Origin: Fonticula alba ATCC 38817
Taxonomy: Eukaryota; Protista; Nucleariida
Length of the DNA stretch: 32,488 bases
Strand: one strand, 5' to 3'
Assembly: GCA_000388065.2 (NCBI GenBank)
Contig: KB932207.1
The notes below the pieces were generated by a model that made no database searches, was not told the DNA's origin, and worked only from the letters and a program-made list of their open reading frames with translations. The translations under genes and the position numbers were made by a program. Shown piece after piece: positions 30,901 through 32,488 of the stretch (the stretch's first letter is position 1; the number at the start of each line of letters is the position of its first letter).

Positions 30901-32488
30901 CGCTCCGGCGAAAGAATGCCGAGCTAAAGAGCGCCCTGGAGCAGACCAAAACCAAGTACATCCAGCTGAATGCCTCTTGGGGGGAACTGTCAGCCGGGTA
31001 CAAGACCCTCCTCGGGCGTTTCAGCGACCTGGAGGGTCAGCTGGCCGACCAGCAGGCCAAAAGCACGGCGCTGGAGGAACGCCTTGCCACCGTCCAGGCC
31101 GCCGAACGCCAATCGGCCGAGCTGCTACAGACCGTCACCGGGGCTCTGTCGGATTTCGGCCCGAAGTACCTTTCGACGTTGCGTACCCGACAGGAGAGCC
31201 TGGTCCAGGCGCGTGCCGAAGAAATGAAGGCCGCCTCCGGCGAGCAGGCTCCCCCGGCAGATGCCTCCGGCTCGTCAAGCGTGCAGTACGATGACGCGCG
31301 GTTCCGCCGGCTGGCCGACGCCTTCCGCTCGGCGACCGATGTGCGCCAGTCGATCCACGCCCTGCGCAAGGTGTCGCAGATGGACAACGATCTCAGCCGG
31401 CAGGTGCTGGCGCAAATCCACCGGCAGGCAGCCCGCATCGTGCAACAGGCGGCCGAGCAGCGTGACACGCAGGAGGCCCTGGAGCAGGCGGTCTCCTCGG
31501 CCGAACAGACGGCCTCCGAGCGGGATGCCCTTTCGGGGGATCTTGCCCGTTTGCATGATCAAGTGCGTTTGTGTTTGTGCCTTCCCGCTTGGCGCCTGGC
31601 CTGGGTGACTGACATTCGTCCGGGTGTGGATGGCCCCTTTGGTGCGTTTGTCGAAATGGCCACAGCTGCTGCAGGCCCAGGCCGAGCATTCAGACCAACT
31701 GATCGGCATGGTGGCCGAGCAGGAGGCCGCCATGGCTGCCTTGCGCACGTCGCACACCGCGGCCCTGGCCGACCAGCGCGCCGCACACCAAACCCAAGCC
31801 CAGGCCATGCAGGCCGAGCATGCTGCCCTGTTGGAGGCCAAGGGCCAGCAGCACACCCAGGCTGTTGACCGCATCACCACCAGCCACATGGAGCGGATCG
31901 CGGCGTTGGAGGCCGCCCATGCCCAAGCCCTTGCCACGCTGGAAGGTGCCCACACCGAGGCGCTGACATCACTGCGGAGCAGTCTCCAGGCCGAGTTTGA
32001 TGCCCGGCAGGAGGATTTGCGCAGGGGGCATTCCGCCACCCTGGCCCAACTGGAGGCCACGCATGCGGCGGCCCTGGCCAGCCTGGAGACCGAGCATACC
32101 GCTGCTCTGGATGCCCTGCGCAGCACCCTCACCACCGAGCATGGTGCTGCCATTAGTGGGCTGGAGCGCGAGCATGCCGGGGCCCTGTCGGCCCTGCACA
32201 ATAGCCTGCAGGTTGAGTATATCGCCGCGCTGAACACGCTGACCAATAAGCACTCTGAGGCCGTGGCGTCTCTGCATGCGTCTCTGGCTGCTGAGCACAC
32301 TGCGACAGTGGCCAGCCTCCGTACCGCCTTCCAGGATGAGCATGCTGCACATGTCTCTGCGCTCGAGGCGAAGCACGCCGAAAAGTTGGAGGCTCAGCTT
32401 GCCTCCCGCGCCAAGGAGCACAATGCCACCATGGCCGCCCTCGAGGCCCAGCATGCGGAGGCACTTTCGGCCCAGCGGGCTGCCCTCG
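27968..32488 (+). CDS. KIF15: Kinesin-12 / KIF15-like motor with a long coiled-coil tail; 3' end beyond the window, start exon tentative
   Basis: Tentative exon 27968-27975, then ~28121(or 28151)-28839, 28986-29247, 29394-29556, 29706-30206, 30362-30542, 30691-31562, 31666-end. Motifs: [11 protein letters not shown]-loop [10 protein letters not shown], switch I NRESSRSH, switch [23 protein letters not shown]|DSLGGNA. The stalk motif '[10 protein letters not shown]...[20 protein letters not shown]' resembles KIF15 'SNKMIVKFRE...EIQTLREQIEHHPRVAKYAM' (from memory of the family). Confidence 0.85.

Overview
Eukaryotic nuclear DNA: GC-rich, spliceosomal introns of roughly 90-245 nt with GT(G/A)CGY-type donors, many poly-C/poly-G and CA/CT microsatellites, and six N-gaps, each next to a G/C-rich or homopolymer tract. 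The gene content and style suggest a unicellular opisthokont on the fungal side, such as Fonticula; this is inference only. Nine protein-coding genes can be reconstructed by hand. In order: an equilibrative nucleoside transporter (+); the 3' exon of a bacterial-type elongation factor P (+, rest probably in a gap); a furin-like Cys-rich single-pass membrane protein (+); an N-terminal RING protein with BRCA1/BARD1-like flanking helices (+); RPS29 (+); a divergent casein kinase II beta (+); an NDUFAF7/MidA-family methyltransferase of the fungal YKL162C type (+); YTM1/WDR12 (-); and a KIF15/kinesin-12-like motor (+) that runs off the right end. The RING gene is interrupted by two tandem duplications, each separated by an Illumina adapter fragment. 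These are assembly artefacts, and removing them restores one 616-aa frame. The most interesting biology is an intron-bearing EF-P, a histidine-anchored 11/15-residue coiled-coil repeat in the kinesin tail, a CK2-beta lacking its acidic loop, and a BRCT-less BRCA1/BARD1-like RING protein. No rRNA, tRNA, CRISPR array or transposon could be supported. I did not find a clearly new multi-gene system.
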